Source: Octopus bimaculoides (lineage: Eukaryota). From it: a stretch of 64,000 bases of DNA. The stretch covers positions 11,415,249 to 11,479,248 of the forward strand of contig NC_068987.1 in NCBI RefSeq assembly GCF_001194135.2, written 5' to 3'. The notes under the pieces were generated by a model that searched no databases, was not told the DNA's origin, and saw only the letters and a list, made by a program, of their open reading frames with translations. Positions 21,334 to 34,725 of this stretch are shown here, piece by piece. Numbering within the stretch: the stretch's first letter is position 1; each line of letters begins with the position of its first letter. The position numbers and the translations under genes are program-made.

Positions 21334-24300
21334 AAAACCTCTTCGTTCGTTTCATCCTTCTTCTTTCATAAGATATGCTTGCTGGTTTTGTTTCTACCAA
21401 GACCTTGTTTGTGTTCCAAGTTCTCCCACATTTCCCTGTTAAGTCGTGTTTCTCATAGCCTCATCTTGTTATCTATAGAGACCAGGCTTTCCTCACTTTA
21501 CAGAATAAAGTGCATTTACAACAAAATTACAAGCAATGGAGCAGATGTTGCTCTCTGGTAAGAAGCTTGCTTCCAATCACATGGTTCCAGGTTCAACCCC
21601 ACTATTTGGCACCTTGGACAAATGTCTTCTACTATTATAGCCTTGGGCCAACCAAACCGTAAGGATTAGAGTGTTGCACACGCTATCATGAGATCATGGT
21701 TTCAGTTCCTGGATTGGGTGGTGCATTGAGTTCTTGAGCAGAACACTTCATCTCATCACTTTGGCACATGGTACACCATGCACCTGTTGAAGTAACACCA
21801 ATTTGATAGAGGAAGCGAGCTAATACATTTGATCACTATAAACAAATCCCTTGTGCAGGTCGTTCAGCTAGAGACTGTGGAACCATCTTTCTTAAGACTA
21901 CAAGAGATAACCATCGCATTACAGATATAGCCTTCGGTGTCTGTGTTGTGTTCTGTTGGAAGTGATGACAGTGCGCTCCAGCCACTACTGTGTCACTTCA
22001 CTTGTCATCAGAGCCCCACAGTCAGCAGTTAATTAAATAGACTCAGTTTATGACTGGTACTTTATTTTATTTGCCCCGGTAGGATGAAAAGCAAAGCAAA
22101 GCAAAATTCAATGCAAGTCAGTGCAAACATCACAAGATCTTATGGACCCAGTACTTCACTGGTACCTAATTTTATCGGCGCCAGTGGGTTGAGAAAGAAA
22201 GCAAATTTGACCCAAATAAGTTTTGTTACATATCAAGCTAGAGTAAAATGATACAAGATCTTGTGGACCCAGTGCTTGATTAGTGCCTTTATTGGCCCCA
22301 GTAGGATGCAAAGCAGAGCCATGTTGACCCCAAGCGGGATTCAGAAAATAACAAACCAGACCAAATAATACAAGGCCTTGTGCCTAAGGAAGAAATCAAT
22401 ATGAAGTGTAAGTCAGTGCTGTCAAGGAATAATAATAATAGTAATAATAATGCACTACTCACTGTCATGGAGTGTGCAGCAGCAACAGCTGTGATTGTAG
22501 TGCAGTATTCATTAACATGGAGTGAAAGTACTGCATTCAATTTCATGGTGTATAGAAAGTACATCGACAGCTGTGGAGATTATAAAACACACTTGTGTGA
22601 AATATACACCACTCAAGTGTCGTATGTTGAGTTCTGGCAAATAGAATGATTTGAATATATCTAAGAAAAATATTAAAAAAATAATAATAAAAAAAATTTT
22701 TTTTTAAACCTCTGGATTTTCTTTTAAAGAAATAACTGGCACCTAAGCACACGCGCGCACACATACACTCACATTAAAAAAAACTGGTTGCTGTGAAAAT
22801 TATTCAATTTAATTCATAAACTTTTTTTTATTTTATTTGCTTTTTTTTTTCTATCTTATTTATTTATTTATTTATTTTTTAACTAAGTACAATTCTCTGT
22901 GATGCTGCCATAATGGTTGTATGTTCTTTTAGCTGAATTAAGACTGTCTCAGCAGAATATTCAATAAGTAGAGATAAGAACCATGGGTGTTTTTCATTGT
23001 TAGTTCCTGTGCTATTGAATGTCGTGGTATTTAATCTTATAATTAAATCTCTTGGCATTTTCTCTCTCTCTTTTCACTTTTGAAATATAAGTGAGGTAAG
23101 ATGAGAAAGCGAATTTCAATACATGTTCTCTGTGATTAAAGCTTTCCTCTGCATCCTTTTATTCAAAGGTATCTTTTTATAACAGTCTTTTCTGAAATTT
23201 ATGTAACTTCTAAAATTCCGTCATTTAAGCTTAAATAAGTTGGTGAATTGTGCTTGATTTATTACACTGCAGCTAGAAAGTAAAACACACCACTGATGGG
23301 AAATAGCTGTGGCTTAATGCAATTTAATTTATAATTTATTGACTAATAAATACCTATGTGATACAGAACTAGCTGAGAAGTCTTCAAACCAGATGAAATG
23401 AGTATAGGTTGTTAATCGAAGTAGAAATAAACCCCGGATTAAATATAGTAACGATCAAAAATTGAAAGAAAGTAAAATAAGAAGAAAGACCAATGTGTTA
23501 TTGAATGGCAGAGGAAGAATAGAGGGGGGGAAAAATATATATATTCTTTATTGAATGCAAAATGGAAAATAGATATTCGAATATTGACATATTGGTAACC
23601 ATAGTGAATAGATTCTTTGTTGTAATCCATAAGTGCTGGAATAAGTTTCCAAATATTCCATTCTGTAGAGGAACAGATAGAACTTATTGGGGATTTTGTT
23701 AATTATCATTAATATTGATGAGCTGGGGGGGGGGGTCTTTTTTTTTTTAATGAAAGATTGGGTATGTGGTTAAAAAGCATGCTTAGCAAGGACATTAGTG
23801 ATTTTAGGTTCAGTCCCACTGTGTGACACCTTGGGGCAAATGTCTTCTATTATAGCCCCAAGTGTTTGTGTGTGTGTGTGTGTTTGTGCATCTGTCCCCA
23901 CCCATCACTTAACAACTAGTGTTGGTTTATTTATATCCTTGTAACTTAACAGTTTAGTAAACGATTTTTTAAATGAATTTAAAGTGACGGGAAGTAACTA
24001 TGACAACATGTTGTAAGGCATCATTAGTTAGATTAGGTTTGTACATCTTCTGAATGGGACTGGAGAAAATTGTTTACGGAAAAAGGAACATTTAGTCTTT
24101 TAGGAAATTGAAATATCAGGGTCACATGAATTTATTTCTGAATTGGGTCTTTTGTCTATTACTTGTTTCAGTCTTTGGACTGCAGCCACTGTGAGGCACC
24201 ACTTTCAAAGGTTTAGCTGAACAAATCAGCCCTGATTTTTTTTTTTTTACCCAAGTTTGTTACTTTATCAGTCTCTTTTGCCAAACCACTAAGCAATAGA

Positions 24301-24674
24301 TACATAAATAAAACCAATACAGCTTGTCAAATGGTGCAGGGAACAAACACATACACACACACACACACACATATCTTTATATGATGGGCTTCGTCTCCTA
24401 CTACATTCACTCAGAAAGCATTGGTCATCTTGGGGCTGGACCTAAAGCCATATGTTTGCATGCACAAATTCTATATGTATATGAGATATAACATAAAACT
24501 TCCAATGAATGAAATCCATAAAGTTGCTCCTCCTCAAACAAATTGTAACAAAGCTAGGTTATTCCAGTTTCATATTCAATTCAGGGCCAAAAAAAAAAAA
24601 AAAACCTATCAGTTGAAACTCTAGCATTCCCGGGATCAAACAGTAAGGGAAACTTCATGAATAGAATAGTTGTA

Positions 24675-24850
24675 CAGTTCTATATTTAAGAGATGAGGAA
24701 TTATGTACATTATTTACATTTGACGGATATTTGTCCTCATCTTGTTTGAAATTTCTCCAAGACACCTGATGAAGGCTGGAGGGTATATCAGCCGAAACGT
24801 GTTAACAAAAAACAAGATGAGGACAAATATCCGTCAAATATAAATAATGT
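24675..24850. mobile_element. Penelope-like element fragment with inverted tail
   Basis: 41-bp inverted repeat (24707-24747 / 24810-24850, 1 mismatch) encloses the hammerhead core. Flanking 12-bp near-duplication agaatag(t/c)tgta at 24663-24674 and 24851-24862. Confidence 0.65.
24761..24803 (+). ncRNA. Degenerate minimal hammerhead motif (cleavage site damaged)
   Basis: GACAC-CTGATGA-A-GGCTG-gagggtatat-CAGCC-GAAA-CG-TGTT. The UH triplet and start of the 3' strand of stem I appear about 3 nt short compared with the 56481 copy. Confidence 0.55.
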
Positions 24851-26524
24851 AGAATAGCTGTAGCTTGTAAATTCAAATTGTATTAACCTGTGTTCGTGGA
24901 ACATGTAACTGTAATGTTCTGTGTCCATGGAGCAGTTACTCTGTGCTTCTGTGGTGGCTGTTGTCGTCTCATCTACCTTGTGTTTTCATAGGACAGACCA
25001 TGGTTTCATGTAGTGACCATGTTGTTTGTGTGTGAGTGAATGTTCTTACTGCTAATTGTCAAACTAGGTATGCTTAGACAGTGAAACAGAATTACCATTA
25101 TATTGTCATTTAGAAGGCAATGAATATTCTCTCATCTTTTATTAATTACATTTTTCTATTGTGCATGTTTGCTGAGCTATGAAGTTACAGAGGGCATAAA
25201 CAGACCAACACTGGTTGTCAGGTGGTGAGTGGCAGACACACAAATACACACTCATGCATGTGCATACACACACAATCACACATTTTGTGTGTATGTGTGT
25301 GTGTACACAAAACCGGCTTCTTTCAGTTTCCTTCTACCAAACTCAATAACAAGGCACTGAATTGATCAGCCTGTGAGTATAGTAGAAAACACTTGCCCAA
25401 GGTGCCACACAGGGGGACTGAACCTGAAACCATGTGATCGAGAAGGAAACTTCCTACCTCACAGCTCCGATTTCCCTACTGGCATGGGTTAGGTGGGTCA
25501 ACATAATTGAAATCCTTTCTTATTCGGAGTTACTGCCATCTGAGACAGTTTAGAAGACTAGATCTTACTTGTACTTTACGTTTTTGGTTCGGGGTGTATG
25601 TATGCCGGATGTGTGTGTGTACACGTGCATACACACACACTGCTTTGGTGAAGACTTGTAATCTCTGTATGATGTGTGAGCTGTACAATGTCACTGGATT
25701 TAAGTACTAAAGAGTATAACAGTACATTTGATTCTCTCTCTCTTCCCCCTATCTCGTCCTCTCTCTCTCTCTCGGCATATTAAAGGGAATGGGTTGGCCT
25801 TGCTCTCTTTAATTTGAGACGAGGGTCAGTTGGTGCACAAGTGTATAGCTTATATATTTTATCTAAATAGCTAAAGATTAAGAATTCAGATTGTAGCACC
25901 TGCTTTGAAGTCTTAAATAGATGATGAGAGCTTGGGTGAAGCTAATTTTAACTTGAGAAAGCCCTCATGCACCAACAGAATTTGTTTCACCACAAGTACA
26001 CACGGTACTTGTTAATTTATCTTTTTCAAGTCACCTTTGTTAATATTCATGAATTTTTATTAAAATTTCACAGGAAGTTTTATAAACAAAATACCACATA
26101 AACTGAATGATTATACGTTACCTTAGTCCTACTTACAGGTCAATCTATTTTTGTGATTGTTTTGTACTGGCGCTAAAATAGATTCCAGTGTATCTTGTGC
26201 AAGTAAAAAAAAAAACCCCAAGAAAATGTGTTTCTGTTTGTCTGTTAATTGTTAGTTTTAAGGTGCACTGAGTAAGAAATTTTGGAAAACCATTGTTGCA
26301 CACGTGCGCTTGTGTATGTGTGTTCATATGTAGACATAAGAGTGCATGCATGTATGTGTATGCAATTATGTATATATAAATGTGTGTCCAGATTTCTAGA
26401 CATGTATGTGTGTGTGTGTGTGTGTGTATGTATATATATACATACACACACGTGTGTGTTTTATGTCCTTAATGATGTGTATGTATAATAATTGTATGTA
26501 AATTTTTTCTATACAAGTACTTTT

Positions 26525-26526
26525 TT

Positions 26527-26618
<92 letters not shown>

Positions 26619-26680
26619 TGTGTATATATGTATATATATTTACGTGTATGTGTGTATGAATTTATGTATATGTGCATGTG
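26525..26680. repeat. (TG)n(TA)n microsatellite; other long (TA)n tracts at 7843-7918, 27148-27220, 31141-31195 and 50484-50530
   Basis: Direct reading. Confidence 0.95.
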
Positions 26681-26900
26681 TGCACACACAACACGTGTAG
26701 ATGGCCCAGTTGAGTTGTTGAGGAGTTCATTTCATAATCATGAGGTTCCGGGTTCGATCTTGATATGTGGCATTTAGTGCCAGTGTCATCATCATCATCG
26801 TTTAACGTCTGCCTTCCATGCTGGCATGGGTTGGACGATTTGACAGGAGCCTACTCCAGACTTCTGTGTCTGTTTTGGTAGGGATTTTACGGTTGGATGC

Positions 26901-26930
<30 letters not shown>

Positions 26931-26931
<1 letters not shown>

Positions 26932-27145
26932 TCTTTTATTTGTCTCAGTCATTTGACTGCAGCCATGCTGGAGCACCGCCTTTAGTCGAACAAATTGACC
27001 CCAGAACTTATTCTTTGTAAATCTCGTACCTAATCTATTGGTCTCTTTTGCCAAACCACTAAGTTACAAGGACGTAAACACACCAGCATCAGTTATCAAG
27101 CGATGGTGGTGGGGACAAACACACACACACACATACATACATACA

Positions 27146-27224
<79 letters not shown>

Positions 27225-27393
27225 TTATTTGACAGGCTTCTTTCAGTTTCTGTCTACCAAATCCACTCACAAGGATTTGATTGGCCCAAGGCTATAGCAG
27301 AAGACACTTGCCCAAGGTGCCACACAGTGGGACTGAACCCACAACCATGTGGTTGGGAAGCAAGCTACTTACCACACTGCCACTCCTACGCCT
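26931..27393 (-). mobile_element. SINE family A with expanded (TA)n
   Basis: Reverse complement of the family consensus. Confidence 0.85.
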
Positions 27394-30300
27394 ATATGTT
27401 TAGGAACAGATTTACCCATGCGAAGGGGTGAGGTTTTTATGTCGCCAATATATAGCTATATTTCTCGTGTTTGTGTAAAAATGAATCAGTGTTGTTTCCA
27501 TAATGTGATTCCATCCTGCAAAGTTCATATACTAAGCACTTAAATAGCAGTAATGAGAAAGGAGGAGGAGCAACGGAACAGTAGATGTAGGTGAATAATA
27601 GTGACTATGAATGGATGAATAAATGAATGAAACAAAGCTAATTTAATGGCCATTCATAGAAATTAGCTCCATGTTAATGGGAAGTGATTAAGAAAATGAA
27701 GCCAAGAGTTGTTATTGAAACTCTGAAAATATCCGAGGGAAGAGTGATTGTTCCTTGTGTTAGTTATATTATTTGAAAAGCTGTTAAGATGCTGCAGTAT
27801 AAACATTATATACTACAGAACTTACTTAATACAACTGAGAATCAAAGGTGGTGAGGGGTGTTTGTAGCTGGGAGGTGTTAAGGTAGTTATAGATAAAAAC
27901 TAAGGTGGTAAGTTTCTCTGTTAAAGCTTTAATGGTGTAAGGTGGAGCGGGGGTGATGTGTGAAGGTTATAGGTGTATGCATGGCTGTGTGGTTAAGAAG
28001 CTTGTTTTGCAACTGCGTGGTTTCGGGTTCGGTCCCACTGCATGGCAACCTTAAGCTTCTTCTATAATATACCTTGTGGGTGAATGTGGTAGAGTGACAC
28101 TGGAAGCCGATCATGTGTGTGTGTGTGGGTATGTGTGCACCTTCAATACACAGGTGTGCTATCCTTGGTTCTACCTTTGTGACTTTATTATTCAAATACC
28201 TCGATTCTGTTGGATCCTGAAGGTACATATATCAATTGACCTCTCAATGAATTGATGATGTCCAACTGATGCCAGCATGGAAAATGGGTGTTAAATGACG
28301 ATGATGATGATGTGTGTTTCTTGTGTTTGTCCAACATCCCCTCTTGACAACTGGTGTTGGTTTGTTTATGTCCTTTTAACTCAACAGGGATAGAATAAGC
28401 ACCAGCTTAAAAATAAATACTGAGGACAATTTATTCAACTAAACTCTTCAACGTTGTGCTCCAGCATGGCTGCAGTCAAGTGATTAGAACAAGTAAAAGA
28501 CAAAAGACATGTGCGTGTGTCTTTGTACCTGTTTTTGTTTTCTCTGCCACTACTTGACAACTGGTGTTGGTTTGTTTACATTCCCTTAACTTTATGGTTC
28601 GGCTAAAGAGAACGATAGAATTAAGTAACAGATATGGAAAAAACAAATAAATACTGGGGTTAATTTGTTTGAGTTAAACCCCTTCAAGGTGGTGCCCCAG
28701 CATGGGCACAGTCCAGTGACTGAAATAAATAGAAGATACAGTGAAAAACGTAATCAATATTATGTTGTCAACATAAAAGGGTAAAGACCCCCTTTCGTTC
28801 ATGAAAGACCATGGGATTGCACCTAGAAAGTTTCCCTCCGAGGCGCAAGTCTGGGCAGGGTTGTTTATGGAAGACCAGAAGTTGCCCGTGCATACCAGAC
28901 TCCCCTCTCCACGCCACCGATGTTATCCAAGGGAAAGGCAAAGGGGCCGATACAGCTTGGCACCAGTGACGTCACAACTCATTTCTACAGCTGAGAGAAC
29001 TGGAGCGATGTGAAATAAAGTGTCTTGCACAAGAACACAACACAACCAGATCCAGGAATTGAACTCACAGCCTCGTAATTGTGAGCCCGACACTGAAGGT
29101 ACATTAACCCATGTACCTTCAGTAATTATTGTCAGCATAATGAATGGCTTAATGAAGCAGAGATTGGGTAGCTTAAGGATTAACCTCTTCATCGGTACGA
29201 AAATCAGTTTTTACTAAACTCAAGGAATAAGTTTTACCTGAAGTGAATCTTCAGGAGTTTAAAACCCTTTAGAATTAAGACGGTGATATCTGACCCTAGT
29301 TTACTACCTGTTTTATGTTCAAACTGGCTAGAACTTGCCTCTCACACCTACCCTAGAACGTAATTCCAAAATTATATTTAGTTATTTGTTAATGCATTTC
29401 AGCCAGGTGGCTGTGGTCATGCTGGAGCACCACCATGAAAGATATATTCACATCATTGAAATTTCAAAGCTACGAGATGATGCAGGATTGATTAGAACTG
29501 ATGTGAATAAAAAAAAATCATATTTCTCAAGTAATCCCAATGCTTAATGGTCTTTTTGTTTTGTTTGTTAATTGTTATAATTAATCTTAGTTATCTTTTA
29601 CATGTTTCACTGAAATAAATTGTCCCCAGTTCTGTTTTTGAAATCTGATACTTGTGCGTTTTGCTGAACCACTAAGGGGGGTGTAAACAAACCAACAGTA
29701 CTTTTTCCTTTTTTTTTTTAAGCCTGGTACTTATTCTATCGGGCTCTGTTGCTGAACCACTAAGTTATAGGGACAAACACAGACACAAAGGACACACATG
29801 CTGTGTGAGATTAAAGGATTCTCTCTCTCCCCTACTGAAAGCCAAGTATTCACTTAGAAGATATAGTGTGTTTTGAGGGGAGATTTGGCTGCTATTTCTA
29901 GCGTGTTGAACTACCACATAGAAGCTCCCTTCTATAAGGGCTTTGACAAGACCAGCAGCAAACTGGGGGTGAGGGAGGAGAGAAAAAGTCACTATTAAAA
30001 TAATTTTAAAAGTGTCATTATTCTCTCTTCATTGTTTTAACTCGGTTATTTTGTAATCCTAATTAAATCTTATAAATTATAAATCCAATTAATTAACACC
30101 AATTAAAGCTTTCTCTTTTTTTTTTTCTTTTTGTTATTTAGCCTTGGTAGTGGTGTCATCCTATGGTCAAAATGCGTTCTAACCTAAATAATGGATTTTT
30201 TTTTTTAGTCATAGCGAATCTAAGACTACATTATCCAATGTGTCATTTAAAAAAAAGGGGAGAGTTGACTTTTTTTTCTTTATTCTAGCAGGTGGAGTGA

Positions 30301-30465
30301 CACAGCATAAAGGTCCCTTTGTTAGGATGACAGGATTTTTTTTTTCTTGTTGTTACTTGTATATGCCTTACCCTATAAAAACCTTACTTATAGAAGGAAG
30401 CTTGCTAGTTTATCTAAGCTAAAATTACTGACTTAGTAACATTATTTTAACACTTTCATTACCAT

Positions 30466-30800
30466 AGGCGCTGGAGTGGCTGTGTGGTAAGTAGCTTGCT
30501 TACCAACCACATGGTTCCGGGTTCAGTCCCACTGCACAGCACTTTGGGCAAGTGTTTTCTCCTATAACTTTGGGTTAACCAAAGTCTTGTGGGTGGATTT
30601 GGTAGATGGAAACTGGAAGAAGCCCATCGTATATATACATTAGTGTGTGTGTATCCTTGTCTTCACCATAGCTTGACAACCAGTGTTGGTGTATTTACGT
30701 CCCTGTAACTTAGCAGTTCAGCAGAGGAGACCGATAGAATAAATACCGGGGTTGATTTGTTCAACTAAACACTTCAGGGTCATCCTGAAACAAGTAAAAA
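30466..30800 (+). mobile_element. SINE family A (a second copy follows at about 30805-31420 across a gap)
   Basis: Head aggcgctggagtggctgtgtggtaagtagc; tail ctgaaacaagtaaaaa. Confidence 0.85.
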
Positions 30801-31102
30801 GAATGTGTGGTTATGTGGTAAGAATCTTGCTTCCCAACCACATGGTTCCGGTTTCAATCCCATTGCGTGGTGGATTTGGTCGACAGAAACTGAAGGAAGC
30901 CNNNNNNNNNNNNNNNNNNNNNNNNNNNNNNNNNNNNNNNNNNNNNNNNNNNNNNNNNNNNNNNNNNNNNNNNNNNNNNNNNNNNNNNNNNNNNNNNNNN
31001 NNNNNNNNNNNNNNNNNNNNNNNNNNNNNNNNNNNNNNNNNNNNNNNNNNNNNNNNNNNATTTTAATTGAGTTTTTACCTGTAATTTGGGATTTTATCCC
31101 TA

Positions 31103-31213
<111 letters not shown>

Positions 31214-31539
31214 CTATGTGGTTTTTATGTGTGTGTTTGTGTTTGTCCATCTACCATAGCTTGACAACCGATGTTGGTGTGTTTACACCCCCATAACCTA
31301 GCGGTTCGGCAAAAGAGACCGCTAGAATAAGTGCCATGCTTACAAAGATTAAGGCCCAGGGTCGATTTCTTCGACTAAAAGTGGTGCTCCAGCATGGCCA
31401 CAGTCAAATAACTGAAACCAATAACAATAATATATAATGCATGTATAATGGAACAGCCTCCTCAGACTGCAGCAGCGCCGTGAAACAGAAATAAAATTTA
31501 AAACGTTATTCGTTCTGTTTGACCTAGTTGCAAATTCTC

Positions 31540-31585
31540 CATGGCCTGGTACTGGTCTGCAGCCCTGGTTATTGGGGACCCCTGG
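31540..31585. mobile_element. hAT/Charlie-like right end fragment
   Basis: ggcctggtactggtctgcagccctggttattggggacccctg resembles Charlie/MER5-type termini. Confidence 0.45.
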
Positions 31586-32766
31586 GTTAAAGCATATCAA
31601 TCATTGATTTGTGGGATTTTTTTTTTCCTTCTTGTCGTTAATAGAAAAAGAAAAAAAAAATCAAAGCAATTATTTATTATTATACTTTAACAAAGACATT
31701 TATTATCAAGTTGAAATTTGTCCAATTTTTTTTTTTCTGTTGAATCTTATTAAATTTCTTTTGACCACACTTGAAGTATTTCAAATTTTCACCAGATTAT
31801 TTTTCAAATTTTCTACACTTGATGTAATTTCTTTCTTATTAATTTCAAGAAAGAAAAAAAAAAATGAACATGATGTTCATCAATATACAAAAAAGAAATA
31901 CACTTATTTTGAAAATAATCTAGTGAAAATTTGAAATATTTTGAAAGGTTGGAAGAAATTTAACAATTGAGATACTGGTTCCATTATATAAGTCCTTGTT
32001 TTGGAGAGATCTAAATAAATAATGAAAAATAAACTTTCCATCAAAATTTCATGTTATGTTCCAAACACTAGCTTAATAAAACGACAATAGTTATTTTACT
32101 AAATTCTCCATTATTTTCAAAATGAATTGAATTAAACAAATGCACTGTATTTTCACAGAAATATGGTAATGAAAAGGTTAACAAGATCTTTTTCATGTTA
32201 TTAAATGAGTTAACAGTTGTGCATTATTACAGTGTTTTAGTGAACTTTTGTAACTTTTTTCTTTTTTTCCTATGAGTTTGCTAGCTGAACAGACTGCTCT
32301 TTCATATGCGAGTTTTAAAGTCTAAACTTCTGTTGTCTTTTCTCCACAAACAGCAGCAGTTTTTCTCATATAATATTGATTATGTTATAGCTACGTATTG
32401 ATTAGTGTCATAAAACATTTTCTTCCTACAAAAGTAATAAATGTTCTCTAGTTCTTTCTATGATTATCATTCAGAGCCAAAAAAAGAAAAAGTAAAACGA
32501 ACGGAGTCTTTCCCCCTATTTCATTTTTCTCTACTACCACCCCCAGGGTTTTTTCACCCCACCTCCACCTCTCATCTTGACAAGGAATTCGGTGTAAAAG
32601 ATACTCTCTTTTCCCCACCGTCACTGCCACCCTAACAGTATATGCTTGTGTGTATGTGTGTATGTGTGTATGGCTTTGGGACACACTTTAGTGATTCTAC
32701 TACTGTGCGATATTTTTAGTAGGTACTGTTAGTATTAACAGCCGGCTAGCTCTCTCTGTCTCTCTT

Positions 32767-32798
<32 letters not shown>

Positions 32799-33879
32799 TC
32801 TCTACTTACTGACTGCCTGACTGTTTATTGAGGAAGTTTTGTTTCTTGTATGTGTAACTACTTCTTTTTTCGTTGCCTCTCTTTTCTTTCTTTCTAGGAA
32901 GTTCAACTTTGCCAAACAAAACTATCAAATGAGAAAATCTTATACCCCCCCCCTCTTTTCCTCCGCCACCATCATCTCTCTTCCCCCTTCTCTCTCTCTT
33001 TGGGCTAAAAATGTGAATGCTAAATAGAATTGATCTGGGCATTAATAGATGTTTTAAGGCTTTTCTCTTTCTATTCCTGTTTCCCTTTTGTCCTTAGAAA
33101 TAAGTCTTGTCTTTTCATATATATTTCTCTTCTTTATTTCTATTCTTAATCTTGAAAACGAGTTATTTTTCTAAAATTATTCTCTCTTAGAATATGTTTA
33201 GAAATTAGCAATGGTGTAATGCGAGTCATTCAGTTATAAATACCTCAACAAATAAACTTATTCACCTCGTTTTGACCCAACTCCTCAAGGAATCTCTGTG
33301 TAATATATATGTTTTGAATACACACACACGCATACATATATATATATTATATTATATATTCTGTGTGTGCTGTGAAATTTTGAATTCGTGAAGAGGGGGG
33401 GAAAATATGGTTTTTAGGTTGCGGTTTTTCTTTTTAAATTCCACATTTTAGTTTATTTCTCTTGGCTGATTGAATAGAAATGAAACCAGTTTTATTGCAT
33501 ATAACGTCTCTTTTTAAAAAATTCATTAATGATATTATAACCTACACTGTATGCGTGTGTGTCTTGAATCTATTAGTGTTCTTTTTGTGGGTTCGTTAGT
33601 AGTGGCTGCTGTCGTCATTCGTGGCTTCTACGTCTCACATCTCATCTCGTCCCTTTTCAAATTGTTGTTTTTCCTACACCACACATCTATATCTAGATTA
33701 GCCTCAATACGCACTCACTGTATTGATTTTTCCTGCCCGTGACAGTTTGGTTCATTCAAGCTTCCATTTCTAAATTACTCCCTCTTTATGTGTGTGTGTG
33801 TTTAGGTAGATATTTTGTCTATTCCCTCGAAATCCTTGTGTGTATGTGAATATACATACATGCATTATATATGTGCGTG

Positions 33880-34136
33880 TGTATGTTTTTATACATGCAT
33901 ATATATATATATATATTATATATTTCCCTTTAATCTTAAAGCCTCTGTGTGTGTATGAGTATATATATATATATACGCATATATATTTATATGTATGAGT
34001 GCATATTTATATGTATGAATATATATATGTATATATATACACACACACATATATATATATATATACACGCATATATATTTATATGTATGAGTGTATATTT
34101 ATATTTATATGTATGAATATATATATGTATATACAT

Positions 34137-34173
<37 letters not shown>

Positions 34174-34310
34174 AGTATGAGTATATATATATATATCTGT
34201 GTATATATAAAATATATAACCTCCCTTTTTGTGTGTGTGTGTATAGTTTTTATTGTAACAACATAAAAACAAACGTGTGTGTGTATATATATATATATAT
34301 AGTATAAAAG
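33880..34310. repeat. AT-rich low-complexity (TA/TG/CA) tract
   Basis: Direct reading. Confidence 0.9.
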
Positions 34311-34433
34311 GGAATATTATACACATGTGTGTGTGTGATATTCCCCCTTGTGTATGCGTGTATAATATTCCCTCTCCGTGTATGTGTGTGTGTACATATG
34401 TAATATTTCCTTTTCTGTTCTGTGTATATCTAG

Positions 34434-34520
34434 TTAATTGCATCTGGTTTTTACGTGCACACTGCTGTCACCAGCTATCCAACAGCTAACGATAGCAATA
34501 CTCTTTCCATCTCTCTAACT
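34434..34520 (+). CDS. Candidate 87-nt exon, phase 0-0 (LIASGFYVHTAVTSYPTANDSNTLSISLT)
   Basis: Acceptor tttccttttctgttctgtgtatatctAG; donor ACT|GTAAGC at 34521; only phase 0 is open. Confidence 0.35.
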
Positions 34521-34668
34521 GTAAGCACATGCCCATGTATGCATAATCATTATATATATATATATCCATATATACACACATACACACATATATAAATCTA
34601 TATATGCTACTTTGCTGAAATTGTTAAATGTTTTATTTACGAAAAATATTTTCTCCCTCCTTCCCTAG

Positions 34669-34725
34669 CCATGGTATAACTGGTAACTGGAACTATATTA
34701 CTATTCTGTGTCAAGATGTCACCAG
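34669..34725 (+). CDS. Candidate 57-nt exon, phase 2-2 (HGITGNWNYITILCQDVT)
   Basis: Acceptor ttttctccctccttccctAG; donor CAG|GTAAAA at 34726; only phase 2 is open. Confidence 0.33.

Noticed and set aside
23060-23101. Strong donor GAG|GTAAGA after a pyrimidine tract (4-nt exon TGAG or the end of a non-coding exon)
   Set aside because: The acceptor context ataAG is poor and no open upstream exon was found, so it cannot be distinguished from noise.
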